DNA of 55,355 nucleotides, filler included, from Platydemus manokwari (Eukaryota): NCBI GenBank assembly GCA_037951405.1. It is 5 parts of 5 records of this genome, joined end to end, with 100 filler letters (N's around TTAATTAATTAA, not from the genome) between each part and the next. Parts side by side here need not be neighbours in the genome. Positions count along the whole stretch, not along the records: positions 11,148 to 21,282 come from JBBMOY011165102.1; positions 21,383 to 33,876 come from JBBMOY010113344.1; 3 more parts are not named here. One strand, 5' to 3'. Shown piece by piece: positions 13,870 to 26,827 of this stretch (position 1 is its first letter; each line of letters starts with the position of its first letter). The notes under the pieces were generated by a model. It saw only the letters and a program-made list of their open reading frames with translations, ran no database searches and was not told where the DNA came from. The position numbers and the translations under genes were made by a program.

Positions 13870-14900
13870 TAAACATTTAAAAATTGATCTTGATAGCAAT
13901 ATTTTATTAATTTAATTATTATGATAATACATAATAATTATTATTATTATTAATTTTTAATTAATTAATAATGATTCATTAAATAATATCAAATAATAAT
14001 GCATATAATAATATTAAAATATAATAACAATTCTAAGAATTAAATCTTGCAAAACAAACAATGAGGGGATTATTGGATAACCCAAACCATTTAAGCAGTT
14101 TCGATAATTCATCTTATTCCATAAAATCAAAACGAAAATTAAATTATTTTGAGGAATGTGAACAGAATTCATAAATTTATTAAAATAATGGAAGTCCCAT
14201 CACATAAAATACAGGTCTTATTCTTTTGGTGTCATTTTTAATGCATTTGAAAATTAGACAATAATTATTTATTATTATAATTATAAAAATCAATAATAAT
14301 ATTAATAATAGACAAATTAAAATAAAATTATAATTATAATTGCTAATAATAATATTACAAAATTAATTTAATTTAATTTGAATCAAATATTGATAGCAAG
14401 GAATATTGATAAAAAAAATAAGTGAAATTATTAAATTATCTAATTAAAACTTATCAGATAATATTATGAAATATTATTTTTAATTATCTTTATTAATAAC
14501 AGTAAATTAATAGCAAAAAATAATATGATATATTAATTATTGATGATGATAAATAATTATTAATAGTGCTAATACAAAAATAAAAAATAATAAAATATTT
14601 CAATAAAAATAAAATTATATTTAATAAAATGTTTGTAATAACTATTTAATAATGGTGTTTATTAATAATTAAAACATTAATAATAAAACTAATAATATAA
14701 TTATAACAATAAAATATAATAATATAAAATAATTATTATCAATTGCATTTATTATTATTACTAATATTAATGAGTAAAATAAAAATAATTGATTAATAAT
14801 AATAATAATATCTGAAAATAATTATATCATATAAAAATTGTTTAAATTAAATGATTATAATTATTATTTAATATGAAAATAATAATTATTTATATATAAT
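13870..14900. repeat. Degenerate (AAT)n / AT-rich low-complexity tract
   Basis: Dense aataat/attatt runs with very little G/C. Confidence 0.7.
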
Positions 14901-15313
14901 CCTGAACGCATATTTATTGAGATCAAAATATTAAAATCAAATGATAATTGAATAATGGTGTGTCAGAAAATCATTGTTATGTATAGGAAATATCACTAGA
15001 ATTGGTTTTATAAACATAATTTACAAGAAATATCATTTGTCAAATGTGAATGTGTGTCTCATCATTATGACTCTCTTTTCATATATTAACATGTTTCATT
15101 ATAACAGAAATTCTAAGAAAATAGAGTGTGCCAATTGAAGCACGAACAATTTTCACATCCTGAAAATTTTCAGAAGAGTTTGTCAATAATCGATTGAATT
15201 CAATTCTCTGTTCAAAAAATAACTTTTTGAATATATATAAATAATAAAACAAATTTTCACATTTTCGAATTGTTTTACAATTAAAAACCCTAACTCAATT
15301 CTCAGTAAATTAC

Positions 15314-15840
15314 CTTAACACATGGATGGGCAGATTTCAATATAAATTGGGCATTGTCCTCTCCCATTTGATTGAGGAATTGCAAACCCAATGATCCATA
15401 TTTATCATAAAAATCTCTTTTTTTCTGATCTATTAAAACTGAGTAAGCCCTATTTACATTTCGAAACTGAAAAAAATATCAATGAAGTTCTTGAAATTTT
15501 ATTTTTGAGAAATATTTTCTCCTAGCTTAATTAATAATAGCAATAAATACTAACCTTTTCGGTGGCATCTTGATCATTTGCATTTTTGTCTGGGTGATAT
15601 TTTAGAGCGAACTAAGTATCGAATATTTAACAATACTTAATTTAAAAAGATCAATTGAAAAATACTTTCCTATAAGACTTTTTGATATCAGATTCAGTAG
15701 CATTTTTAGGTAATTCTAAAATTTCGTATAAACTGTTTCCACTTGTTCTACAGATTAAATTTTAATTGATAGTACTTAAATATTAGACATTACGATAGTT
15801 TCTTAGCAGGCTGTTTGGGAATATTTGATGTAGAGGACAT
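15314..15840 (-). CDS. DNAJC5: DnaJ subfamily C member 5 / cysteine string protein-like, exons 15840-15794, 15747-15666, 15611-15555, 15466-15314; 3' end unresolved
   Basis: Spliced product [53 protein letters not shown]...KRDFYDKYGSLGLQFLNQMGEDN. It has the HPD motif plus the CSP-specific LSTSG.SLY and YDKYGSLGL motifs. GT-AG introns are phase-compatible. Missed by the ORF track. Confidence 0.88.
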
Positions 15841-18064
15841 TTTAAACAAAAGTAAAGATGTAGGTCAGATATTTATTACATTAGAACAACTTACCATTTA
15901 TTTAATAAGAATTTCAAATTTTATTTAGAATGCTTATTGAACTTATTTATTTTGCAATTTTTAATGTTCAAATTTTTTAATTAATATTCATTTTAGGTAT
16001 AAGTTTTAATCTTTATCCAACAGATTAATTCTTTAAAAATTTCAATCATAATTTAAAATTTACATTATCTAGCAATTTTGAAAATTATAATTAATTCGAA
16101 AAAAGTTCTGAGTTTATCTAATGAATTTCTTAATATATCACACTTTGTTATAATAAATATTTAATTAACAATGTATGTTTCTCACCATTCCAATAAAATT
16201 TTATTGGAATGTAAATAGGAACGACTTAAGAAACACTTCGTTTATCTTCTGATTATGATAACTGATAATGCATATGTTTTTAGTAAAATCGGTTTGATCT
16301 CATGTGTCAAAAGCTAAGAAGAGATTTTAGATATGTCCAAATTGAAGATTTTTATATTAATATTATATATATGCACCATTGGAACTCAGTTACTATCATG
16401 ACAAGTATTTTAGGAAAAATTGTGATATTCACTGACTTTATTTTAAAACTTAAAAAAAATTATTCAAGTAATGACATTATTATGGCTCGTATTAGCTTCC
16501 ATCATTATTTACACTTAGTCATGCTAGAACTAATAATCTTAATTTTAACTGATTTTTCTAAATGATAAAAAGTTATTTTCTAAATGATATAATATTTTTT
16601 CCATCAGACCTAACCAAATTTAATCATTTATCTTAAAATGATATTATAAATTTCAAAAATAGAAATTTTAAAATTTGAACTATTGCTAAATCAATTTTGC
16701 TAATAATAAGTGAACATTAAGTATTATGTGAATGATGAGTATTAAGATAGATGATATTAAAAGAATTCAATTGTATAAAATTTGTGTTTCACTTTATTTA
16801 AAAATTATTGACCGTTCGAATGTTGGTGGTACGAAGTTTATCCAGAAATTTCTTATAAAACATTGACAAAAGTAATGTATTCCCAACTCCATAGCCATAA
16901 AAATTCTGCAACAAATCTGATAAAACGTATATAGATGAAACACGGATGCGTTGGGATGGATTATCCTCGAATTTATAGAACATTAGCAAAATGAAATAAT
17001 TTGAAGGTCAAAATGTAGACTTTGAAGCCCTGACAAAGACCCTTGAAAATTGCATTTAACAGGGTCTCCAAAGAATGAGAAGGTAAAAAGCTAAAATCGA
17101 ATAAAAGGAAGTAGAAAGAACCAAGGCATACATTCTGAATTGCTTGAGAATAAATATTGATGAGTTCAATACTGATCCTGAGCAATAAATCGGAACTCTG
17201 AAGATTATTTATGTGACAATACGTAAATTTTTTACTATTGTAACAATTTTAAATCTATTTTGATTATTCATCATTACTTTTCATTGTAACTTTTCTGAAA
17301 ATGTATGAAGTTTTTTAAATGTGTAAAGTATGAAATAATAATAAAAAATAATAAAAACTTACAAGGAACATTAAGGTGACTTTGAATTTAAGAGAAATAA
17401 AAGAAAAGTTGATAAAATTTGCTTATTTATATTTCACTAATCAGTACGTTCACAAAACGACTCTAAAATTCTACAAATCGCCATAAATCAATATAAAGCA
17501 ACAAAATAAAACATTTGATATGATATTTTATTTCTCAAGTTTCAATTGGATTTATTGATTTTATGTGCTAGGGGTTGGTCAGTTCTGTGTGTCACTGTGT
17601 AGTTATATTCATTTTTCAAATTAGAATTTTTCATTTAAGTCTTCTGTGATTGGTTGTTTGCTATAGCTGTATGGTTGTGTAAATGCTTAAAGTGATAAAA
17701 TAATGGTTCCAATGTTCAAAATCGTTTTTCTTTTGTGAGATTTTATTTTTATCCAACAATATAGAAAACAAAATTTTAGAAATATTTAATTTCAAGAAAT
17801 ATTATTATTATTTATAGTAAAGTAATTCAGATATTAGATATGAGCAACAACTGAGGGAAAATAAAATAATAGTCTTTAAAAATAAAATTATTCACAACAA
17901 ACTAGACCAAATTAATAAACATCAAGAAAAGTAGGTTACTCGAATGACCTCGACGAATAAATACTGCAGAGAAAAGTAAAAAAAATAAGTAAACTGAAAA
18001 AAATGCAACAATTTCTATTCGATTGTGGTATAAAAGTAAATGCGCAGTTCTAACGCTTACACTT

Positions 18065-18122
18065 ACATTACATTTTACTTAATGTTGAAGTTCACATTAC
18101 ATTTTACTTAATGTTGAAGTTC
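18065..18122. repeat. Perfect 29-bp tandem duplication
   Basis: acattacattttacttaatgttgaagttc x2. Confidence 0.95.
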
Positions 18123-19147
18123 AAAAGCCAATAAGCTTCTAGTAAATACCTGCCGTGAATTAAGAGGAAAAATTAATCGATATGGAATTTCTAAGGACTT
18201 AATTATCTTTTTTTTACATTATAATTATTAAGACAAGTGTATAAATACTAGTGTATAAAATCGGTTGTATACCAAAGGCTTGTTTAATCAATATTAAAAA
18301 TCTACTGAGGCAAAGGGCACTCTCGTACTCCAAGATATTGATTGAATTAAATTGAATTTGTATTCTTTGCTAATTAAATTAAACATCTTTTGTTTTGAGT
18401 TTGATTGTTTGTTATCTTGTTTTTATATTAATAGCTGGATTACCTCAGGTAGCGGTATACTTGGCTTCTTAATAAATTATATGAAAATTCCAGCATGAGA
18501 AGAAACGGCCATCGTTTATTTTTAATGATCTTCTTATTGTAGTTGACTTTTATAACAATTTTTGTTATTATTGTTACTTACGAATAAACATTTCATTTCT
18601 TCATCAAGACTATTTGAAATTCGATTTGTGACTGATAGGTAGAATTTTATATTTAGTAGAAATAAATACAAAGTTTAATACCAATCTCATGTCGCTGTGT
18701 TTTAGGAAACTATTAAAAATATCGAGACCCTACAAGATTCAAAAAAATGTAAGAGAAAGAAGAAAAAATTAAGAAAATCATTAAATCATTTTACCACTTA
18801 CAAACTATGTGTTAACTAATGATTTCAATGGAAAAATAACTCATATTTAGATTTAAAGAATCATACCATGTTCATTAGTAGTGATAATTTCCAAATTATA
18901 ATTAAAATGCTTAATAATATTCAAAATTATTCCAACAATATAATAATAATATTATAAAATATCAAATTTGACATTATTGTACAAAGAAAACATTTTGACA
19001 TTAGTGTAAATAATTTTACTATCATATTTCCTCATCAAAATATTTTTCTCTTCGGAATAATGTGTCAAATTGACGTCACGACAAAACTATAAAACAACAC
19101 ATTATTAAGTTTTCTTATTTTTTTAATTTGGAAGACTAGCGAAAATT

Positions 19148-20716
19148 ATGCTAAATATCAAGGATTGGGTTTCTAATTTTCTGGAAACGCCTACATCACA
19201 TAGTACATTCCAATTATCAGAAAGACCTCAAATGGTATTGTATAAAATATTGTGGCTATTGATTGCCATAGCAACCCTATGTGCCTGCATGTATTGTATT
19301 TCTATGGAAGTAGAACTCTATCTTTCTAATCCTATTTCGACATTAATTAATCCAATGAGTAATAAAGACCTCTTTCCCGATATCACTATTTGTTTAAAAG
19401 AACCTATTAACAAGGCTTTTATTGATTCAAAAATTGTGTTGTTCGATAATTTCACTTTTCGTAATATCAATAAAATAATAAGCAATCATTGGATTAAAAT
19501 TTTTGAAAATCTTCGAAATCAATCGAAGAATTTTACTAATTTTTATAATTTGTCATTGAAACTTAATTTTGAAAGAGAGGTTGACCAAGCACGAAAAAGA
19601 TCGATTAGAAGTTATGCTTATAAATCAAATGTTTTGCATTCCATCAAACTGGATATGATAGATTGTTTAATAGACAGAAATGTCCAGTGTAATTCGTCCT
19701 TTGGTGTCATTTACGAGCATCCGAAATATTGGCGATGCTTAACTTTCTCAGGAAAATTGTTACCGAGAATAATTTTAAATAAGTTTTCTTTTGTTATTTA
19801 TCGATTAAAACAATCAACTGAAAATTTTGATCCTTTTCCTGATCCATATCAATGGACCGATGCACCTGTGGCATGTATCCATGTAATGAACTCGACTCCG
19901 GAATTTTCATGCATTGAAACTAATTGGAATAGGATATTTCTCATCACTTTCTCAACTTACATGGACAAAAAAGTTATTTCATCATCTTGTCGAAAAAAGA
20001 ATATATACACAACTATTCGATTTCCAACTTCTTTAAACCTGGTTACCGTTCTTTTAACAACTTCGCTATGTAAGCGTTTAAAAATGCAAAAACAAATTGT
20101 TCAAAAATGTGGATGTTATTTTGAAGATCTCGAGATTCCGGAATCGATTGATACAAGAACAAAAGGTTGCCACTTTATATCTTGGAATCTAATAAATCAA
20201 TCCAGCCAATTGGATAATTCTACAATTACGGATATATCTCGTCGTCTGGATTGCATGCGATCAATCGATGATAAATCTATTGGAGATTGCTATGATTATT
20301 GTGACAAAAGGAGATTCAAAATTTCTAGTACATTTAGTCAAAGTGCATTAAACGCAAATCTAAAACTGCCATACAACATTTATGATCATAACGCTTTATA
20401 TTTCAATAAACATAAAGAGAGAATTAAATTATTTGATGAAAAAAGTAAAGCACCAGCATCATTACTCAAATTCGTCAATGATTCTGAAAGCTTTGAATTA
20501 TTAAATGTAAATATTGTAAGAATATCTGGTTCAATAGAACAACGTGATTCCTACGATTATCAATTTTTAACACTAATTTCTAATATCGGATCACAAATGG
20601 GCTTGTGGATTGGATGCAGCACCATGTCATTGTTAGAAATACTCGAGAAGTCTGCATTACTAATTGGGAAATTTCAAAGCATCTTTGGTAGAAATCATAA
20701 AACTTTTATACAATGA
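19148..20716 (+). CDS. DEG/ENaC (amiloride-sensitive/ASIC-like) channel subunit, single exon, 522 aa
   Basis: TM1 (ILWLLIAIATLCACMYCI), post-TM1 LFPDITIC, Cys-rich thumb (C...Q...CGC...C...C) and TM2 LISNIGSQMGLWIGCS..SLLEILE with a GxS filter. Confidence 0.93.
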   Translation: MLNIKDWVSNFLETPTSHSTFQLSERPQMVLYKILWLLIAIATLCACMYCISMEVELYLSNPISTLINPMSNKDLFPDITICLKEPINKAFIDSKIVLFDNFTFRNINKIISNHWIKIFENLRNQSKNFTNFYNLSLKLNFEREVDQARKRSIRSYAYKSNVLHSIKLDMIDCLIDRNVQCNSSFGVIYEHPKYWRCLTFSGKLLPRIILNKFSFVIYRLKQSTENFDPFPDPYQWTDAPVACIHVMNSTPEFSCIETNWNRIFLITFSTYMDKKVISSSCRKKNIYTTIRFPTSLNLVTVLLTTSLCKRLKMQKQIVQKCGCYFEDLEIPESIDTRTKGCHFISWNLINQSSQLDNSTITDISRRLDCMRSIDDKSIGDCYDYCDKRRFKISSTFSQSALNANLKLPYNIYDHNALYFNKHKERIKLFDEKSKAPASLLKFVNDSESFELLNVNIVRISGSIEQRDSYDYQFLTLISNIGSQMGLWIGCSTMSLLEILEKSALLIGKFQSIFGRNHKTFIQ

Positions 20717-21282
20717 TTAAAATTCCCATTCCATATTTGTGTTTCATGAAATTTATATCATCGGTCACTTATTATATCCTTGTGACAATTGTTATCTAAA
20801 ATAAAACAAAAATACTTCAATTTCTCAATACCATTACAAGAAAATTTCTTAAAATTGAAAATAATTCAAAATTTTAACTTAACAATATCAATTCATCGCT
20901 TTTAATTATGTAGTTCGACGATTTCGATGTTCAAAATTCGAAACACAAATTAGAATTTAAAAAATGTTGGGATATTAGTCAACAATTAATATTTTAAAAC
21001 TGTATTAACCAAAATATCAAAATCAAAATCTCTAACTACAGTAAATCTTTTCACAAGTCACACTATTAAAAATACTAATGATATTGCAAATATATGAAAT
21101 CTTTGGTCTCTCAAAACAACTGGTATTCGGATTTATACCCATGTGTGGTAATTATATCTTGCACAAACACATGAGAGAGAAACTACGGTTCCTCATGTCA
21201 TTACAAACTCAAAAATATGAGGAGAGACGAGACGTCCCACCTATCGGAGAAGAAATGACCTGGAAAGAAATGTATGATTTGT

Positions 21283-21382
21283 NNNNNNNNNNNNNNNNNN
21301 NNNNNNNNNNNNNNNNNNNNNNNNNNTTAATTAATTAANNNNNNNNNNNNNNNNNNNNNNNNNNNNNNNNNNNNNNNNNNNN
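21283..21382. other. Artificial assembly linker
   Basis: 44N-TTAATTAATTAA-44N. Confidence 0.97.
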
Positions 21383-21399
21383 GAAATTGGTGAAACTAA

Positions 21400-23720
21400 T
21401 AAAAACTTGAGGATTTATACTTATATATCAAATGCAAGATCTGACTTAATGAAAGAAAACAAACCGAATATTAATAAACTTGATTCTTTATGTAAAACAA
21501 TAATTACAATGGTAAATAATAATAAAAAAATTAATGAAAAAAAAATAAAATTATTATCTGAAAAAGTTTGAAATTTATGGAAGGAAAAACAGAAGCAGAA
21601 TTTTCTTATTTTTTTATTTTTCATCTAATATATGATAATAATAACATTCAGATCTAATTGATATCCACTCTATTAAAACTTTATCGTTTAATTCATCCTG
21701 ATATTTTCATTATGTTTAGGTTTTAAAATATCATTATAAAATTCATTGATAAATTAACTTACTGAATTAGATAATACAAAATCATACATATATATCATAC
21801 ATTAATTTTGCTTGTTATTTATGATAATGTATTGCATAGAAACCTTTTATAAGTGGGTTTTGAATTTTGGATTCAGAGGACCATTTAATAATTTTATATT
21901 TTCTCGTTTTCTAATGTTTTCATTGTTTTTACAAATAAACTATTCTTCAAAGTTACTTCGTCTTTCTGTTATTAATGATAATTATACTTTTCATATTGGT
22001 CAAAATCATAAGTCATTCCGAATCCATTGGTTATTCGATGCCGTAATTTGTCTTTTATATGAGTTCACCAATTTGAAATTATGTTCGTTTAAATTTTTTC
22101 TGTTTTCTTTATTGAAACTTCTTATTGTCCTCTGACTGTGATCAATCCTGTTCTGATTTAATTTTGTCCCTTGCTGGTGGTTGGACCCTAATGTAAATTT
22201 CGCCCTTGATTTGTAGAGCATTCGCTCTCGCTATCTCATCATTGACATCTACGCCATGTGTATAAGTTGGTGATATGCGTAGCACGACACGACTGTTAAG
22301 CTTTTTCGTGCGATATGGTTTTGGCAAGTACGGCACGTCTTTATTTCAAACCTCATTTCCTAGGCTTGGGATTTGGTTAAGCTCTAATTATCATGGTCCG
22401 TTCGCCTGCGTTAATTGTGCTTAGTTGCTTTTGTATATTTTGTACTCGATCTAATTTTTTACGATTTTTTTAATTTGATCCACTTTTTCAATGTCGCTTT
22501 AATTTTGTTAGCTCCATTATTTTGTATAAATAATATATTTATATTAATTAATATATTTTCTATTGTAAATTTGTTCTTTAGCACTAATCATTTCTTGAAC
22601 ATCTTGAACGAACCATTTCAAATGATTTTGACCAACAAAACTTTCGTTTCTTTCATTAGTGATTCATATTTATCTAGAATTACTTTTCTTACAAATTTGA
22701 TAGTCTCATTTCTCAAATTTCTGCTCAAATTGGGTTGAATGGGATTGATTTTAATCCAAACATGGTGATTCTTTCAATTTGCGATGTAATATCATCATAT
22801 TTACCTTGTATGCTGATAAAAAGATAATAGACTTAATAAATCATATAAGGTAACGTTGCATTGTTTTCGAATAACAGTTCTCTATTAGATGGCTACTGAT
22901 AAACGTATCCCAACATTCAATGTCATTACTATAACTTGTGAATCTATGAAAGAGCTCGGCAATTTGATTTCCATATAATGGCCTTTTTAGTGCACGATCA
23001 TCAATAGTTTCATTTTCATTCGACAGGAGATCAAAATATCCAAACTTACTCTCTTGGAATTTTATTTTCAATTTTACCAAAAACTCAAGTTATTCTTTCT
23101 CAGTAGTCAATTGTCAATCATTTCGTTGATTTCATTACATTTAATTTCAGAATCACCGATGGAGACAGTATCAGAGAATTTGGTAGTTAAATTCCAAAGA
23201 AACGTTATCATAGTTTTCGGAATATCAACAAGCTGTGTTTTATTTAGGTTTTAATTAATATATTCCAATTTATCAACTAAACTTGGCCATTAGATTTATT
23301 ATTAAAAGATTGATAAATCCGACGATCCTGAATGTTATTTTATCGCTTGCAACATTTGAAGTTATCTTTCTTTTAATCAATTTTAACGCAAAAATTACCA
23401 TTTCTAAAGAATATAAAAACGAGATTCTTCATATTTAATATGTTAATTAGATACTTTTAAATATTTCGATTCGCCGTTTAAGATAGTAAATTTCACTTTA
23501 TCCTCTTTCAATTTATTGAAACTCAATAAATTTGGATTTCTTTTCTGGGTTGGATAAACTCCTTAAAAGATATATGTAGTCAATGATACTAGGCAATTTG
23601 TGAGTTTTCACATAAAAGTTAGACTTAGGCTTCTTTTAAAATATGTTCAAAGGTCTCCCATGTCTTCCAACTACAATAAAACCTTCATCATCAACATTGT
23701 CAATTTGATTAATTTTTTGA
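21400..23720 (-). mobile_element. Highly decayed retroelement-like mosaic (possible APE-type non-LTR piece with a GC-richer ~280-bp insert at ~22135-22415)
   Basis: Broken minus-strand frames with faint endonuclease-like motifs near 22760-22840. No intact domain. Confidence 0.3.
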
Positions 23721-25113
23721 ATAATGTTTATTTGTTTTATTAAATAAATTTGTGAAAATCCTAATCATGAGTTCTTTTGATGCAACACCAGTCACAAACA
23801 AAGTAGCGGCTACTAACAGCATGTATCAAAAAATTCACCATTATGTTTACGGCAATAATAATAGAAGTTATAATAATGTGTGCTAAAATACAAAGAGTTT
23901 AGCCACCAGAAATAAGATTAAGTCGCGTACCTAGAGAAAAAACAATGATGTCAGATTTGTTAGTATTACCCAATATCCAGCCCAATGATGTTTTTCTTTT
24001 ATGAGGATTTCAGAAAAAATAGGTAAAGGCATACTCATGATACCTTCAGATAACATTAATTGATAGGAATGATAAAAATCAGTTCGTTGAGCAATTACTA
24101 AATGAGATGAATGTTAGAAGGGGCCGTGTTTGAAGAAAGTCTGATGATAGAATGCATGACAGTGTGAATGGAGCTATTAGTATGCACAATTTGAATCCTC
24201 CCCCAACTTTTAACAGACAAATTATTTTTCTTCCCCTCGATAAAAATAGTAACATTAATTGGTTTTCTAAGATCATTAATAGCTTCTTTTAATTTTTTAT
24301 ATCATTAGTATTTATCATTTGTAATCGTACAAATTAAAGAACGTTTTTTCTAAAAATTTGAAAATGATTTTTACTTATGAATTCTGGAAGTGGATCCATT
24401 TGTCAATAATAATCGTTAAAGAAATGAAGGAATATCAAAAAGCTTGTTTGTCAAGCTTATTTAAGAAATTATTTGAAAATTATTAAGCATGGAACTATAT
24501 TTGTAACATGGATTGAAACTAAACGATGTTTTCTAATATAACTCATCAACACTTCTTTTGAGAAATAGAGCAGTTTGTAAAATTACACCATAAACATGCC
24601 GGTGATGTGTTTATAGAAGCCAGTAGATAATTTGTTTAAAAGATTTGTAAATAGAGTTATTAAAGTTTTCAATATGAAAATTACATATTATGTGCTTTGA
24701 AAAATATGAGGGCTCTGATCATATTTATAGCAAATGTCTAGCAAACACCTCTGTTTAGGTAGGAAAATAAAAATCGTGAAAAGAAGGTAATGTAAAATAA
24801 AATCTCTTTTGAAAATTCACACATTCAAGCAATGATTATTTAATAATTTATTTTATATTTAATTTCTAATTGTTCACAGTTACTTGAATATGTAACATTT
24901 TGAACATAAAAATATTCCCTTTGATAGTAATTAGTAACTTTTTTGATTATCTGTTATTTATTTAAATACATATATTAGATATTTTTAATAAAAAATGATA
25001 TTCAAAAATAAATAATTAAATAATTTAGTCTATAAATTTGTTTTAATCATTGACAGACTGAAAGCAAGTATAAATGCAGTGAATAAACATTTTTGAAGAA
25101 TCTTACAATCACC

Positions 25114-25408
25114 ATGAATGTAAGCACATGAATTGTGATGTTTATTATGTTAATATTATAATGACGATATCATATTTTATAATAAATTTATTGAATGTCA
25201 ATATGATTGATAAGAATATATTTCCAGATCAATGTTATATTTCTATTGGTTATTATTTGTAGGATCGGATATCTCGATAATTTTGGAGTCTAGTGCAAAA
25301 ATAAGCAACAATATTAGATTAAATTGTTCAAGCAAGTGTCCCAAAAATACCCCATGTACTGAGAGATGTCTTGGAAATTATGTGATATGTCTACAGAAAT
25401 GTCGATGA
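25114..25408 (+). CDS. Small secreted cysteine-rich (CX3C-repeat) peptide: either an intact 58-aa ORF at 25232-25408 or a disrupted 2-exon gene
   Basis: MLYFYWLLFVGSDISIILESSAKISNNIRLNCSSKCPKNTPCTERCLGNYVICLQKCR*. TATAAA at 25069, ATGAAT|GTAAG donor at 25120, TTTCCAG acceptor at 25227, AATAAA just after the stop. Confidence 0.6.
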
Positions 25409-26139
25409 AATTTAATAATAAATAAAACGTATGATTTTCTTCATTAATTTTAAACTAATCTTTTATTTTTTCAAATAATTCATCTTGTCATTAATGAATG
25501 TTATAATGCAACACATTATTATGTAATATTCAGAAACGATAACTTTTCATAAACATATCTGCTTAAAATTTAATTAAATGTTAAAAAAGGCCACTTCTTT
25601 ATGGAAAGATATTTATTAGTTATTCTTAATATAATCCCCGAAATATTCAATGCCAAATAATGATGAAGATTGTACTGACACCATTGATTTTGATGAGGTT
25701 TTTTTGTGTGATATTTATTTTCTACATATGAAATAGTGTCAATATCCTGAGATATGTTCCATAAATGTAACAAAAATAAATATTACATAAATTGATTTTA
25801 GCTTTTTTTCAACCCAAGTCAAAACACAAAGTACAGAAATTTGAATCGTAAAAATAAATAACCACTTCCAGTTTGAAATCAGTAGTGGTGTATTGGTTGT
25901 TCTTTTCCAAACCCTTCCCATAAAACTTCGTTCGCTCGGATTTATGGGTAGGGATAGGACACAATACAACCATTATACCTCTATTTATAAAAAATATGAA
26001 ATAATTAAACTAAAAATGAAAAACAATCATAAAAATAATTTTCCTATTAAAAAATTGTTATTAAAAATACTTGATCTCAAATTGGAATTTCATTATGAAG
26101 TATGTTATAAATATTTTTTAAAAAAACGGTAAAAATGTC

Positions 26140-26625
26140 TCATGAAAATTCTTGATAATTTCTTGATTTTTTCAGTTACACAATCATCAAAAATTATTTA
26201 GTTCTTTTTAGTTTTATTTAAATCTGATGGTTTCATAATTTCATTAAATTTTGAAGTCATGGTTATAGATAGCCCACTTTTTCTGGAAACTTCGTGTACG
26301 AAGTTCCTTTCTGGTCTGAGTCATTTTCTGCAGCATTAGACTTCATCTAGCCGGAGGCATATTCACAGATTTCTCTAATACTTAAATCTTTATCAAACTT
26401 ATGTTGATTCTCAAAAAATTTTATTATACTTTCTTTTGATAGGCCACTTTGAAATCCATGATATAGAATTTGATATTCTTCTTGATACATAGTTCTTGGA
26501 AATATTATTAAATTACCATAATCTAAAAATCATGGTGTTAATAACATTTTAAAAAATAATTGGGTTTTACCACAAACAGAAAACCATTAACTTTCTAAAG
26601 GTTGAAGGAATATTTGGATGATTAT
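26140..26625 (-). pseudogene. Polinton A32/FtsK-like packaging ATPase, disrupted
   Basis: NHPNIPSTFRKLM../.CGKTQLFFKMLLTP*FLDY..LIIFPRTMYQEEYQIL (degenerate Walker A) and KPSDLNKTKKN*IIFDDCVTEKNQ (Walker B). Confidence 0.8.
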
Positions 26626-26678
26626 GAAATTTTATTTTATTTTGATTCCAAACCAACGTCATATTTTTAGATAGAAAA

Positions 26679-26827
26679 ATGACGAAATATTTTGTGACGC
26701 TTGTAATGAAAAAATTTCAAAATATAATAAAGCTAAAAATGTAAAAAGAAAGAGTCACGTACTACGAAGTGCAAATAGTATGAATAGAAATATGAGTACG
26801 AATCGTACGCCTTTAAGTACAAAATAA
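26679..26827 (+). pseudogene. Zinc-finger fragment, probably Polinton accessory
   Basis: FCDACNEKISKYNKAKNVKRKSH (C2H2-like, first His lost), lying between the ATPase and PLA2 remnants. Confidence 0.4.

Noticed and set aside
16800-17200. GC-richer coding-like island
   Set aside because: Stops in all plus frames, only short minus-strand ORFs, and no recognisable domain.
18065-18122. CRISPR-like repeat
   Set aside because: Two adjacent copies with no spacer in eukaryotic DNA; a simple tandem duplication.
23780-24700. Possible GPCR/membrane-protein pseudogene on the minus strand (VNIMVNFLIHAVSSRYF resembles TM7)
   Set aside because: Single weak motif amid many stops; hydrophobic translation is expected from AT-rich DNA.
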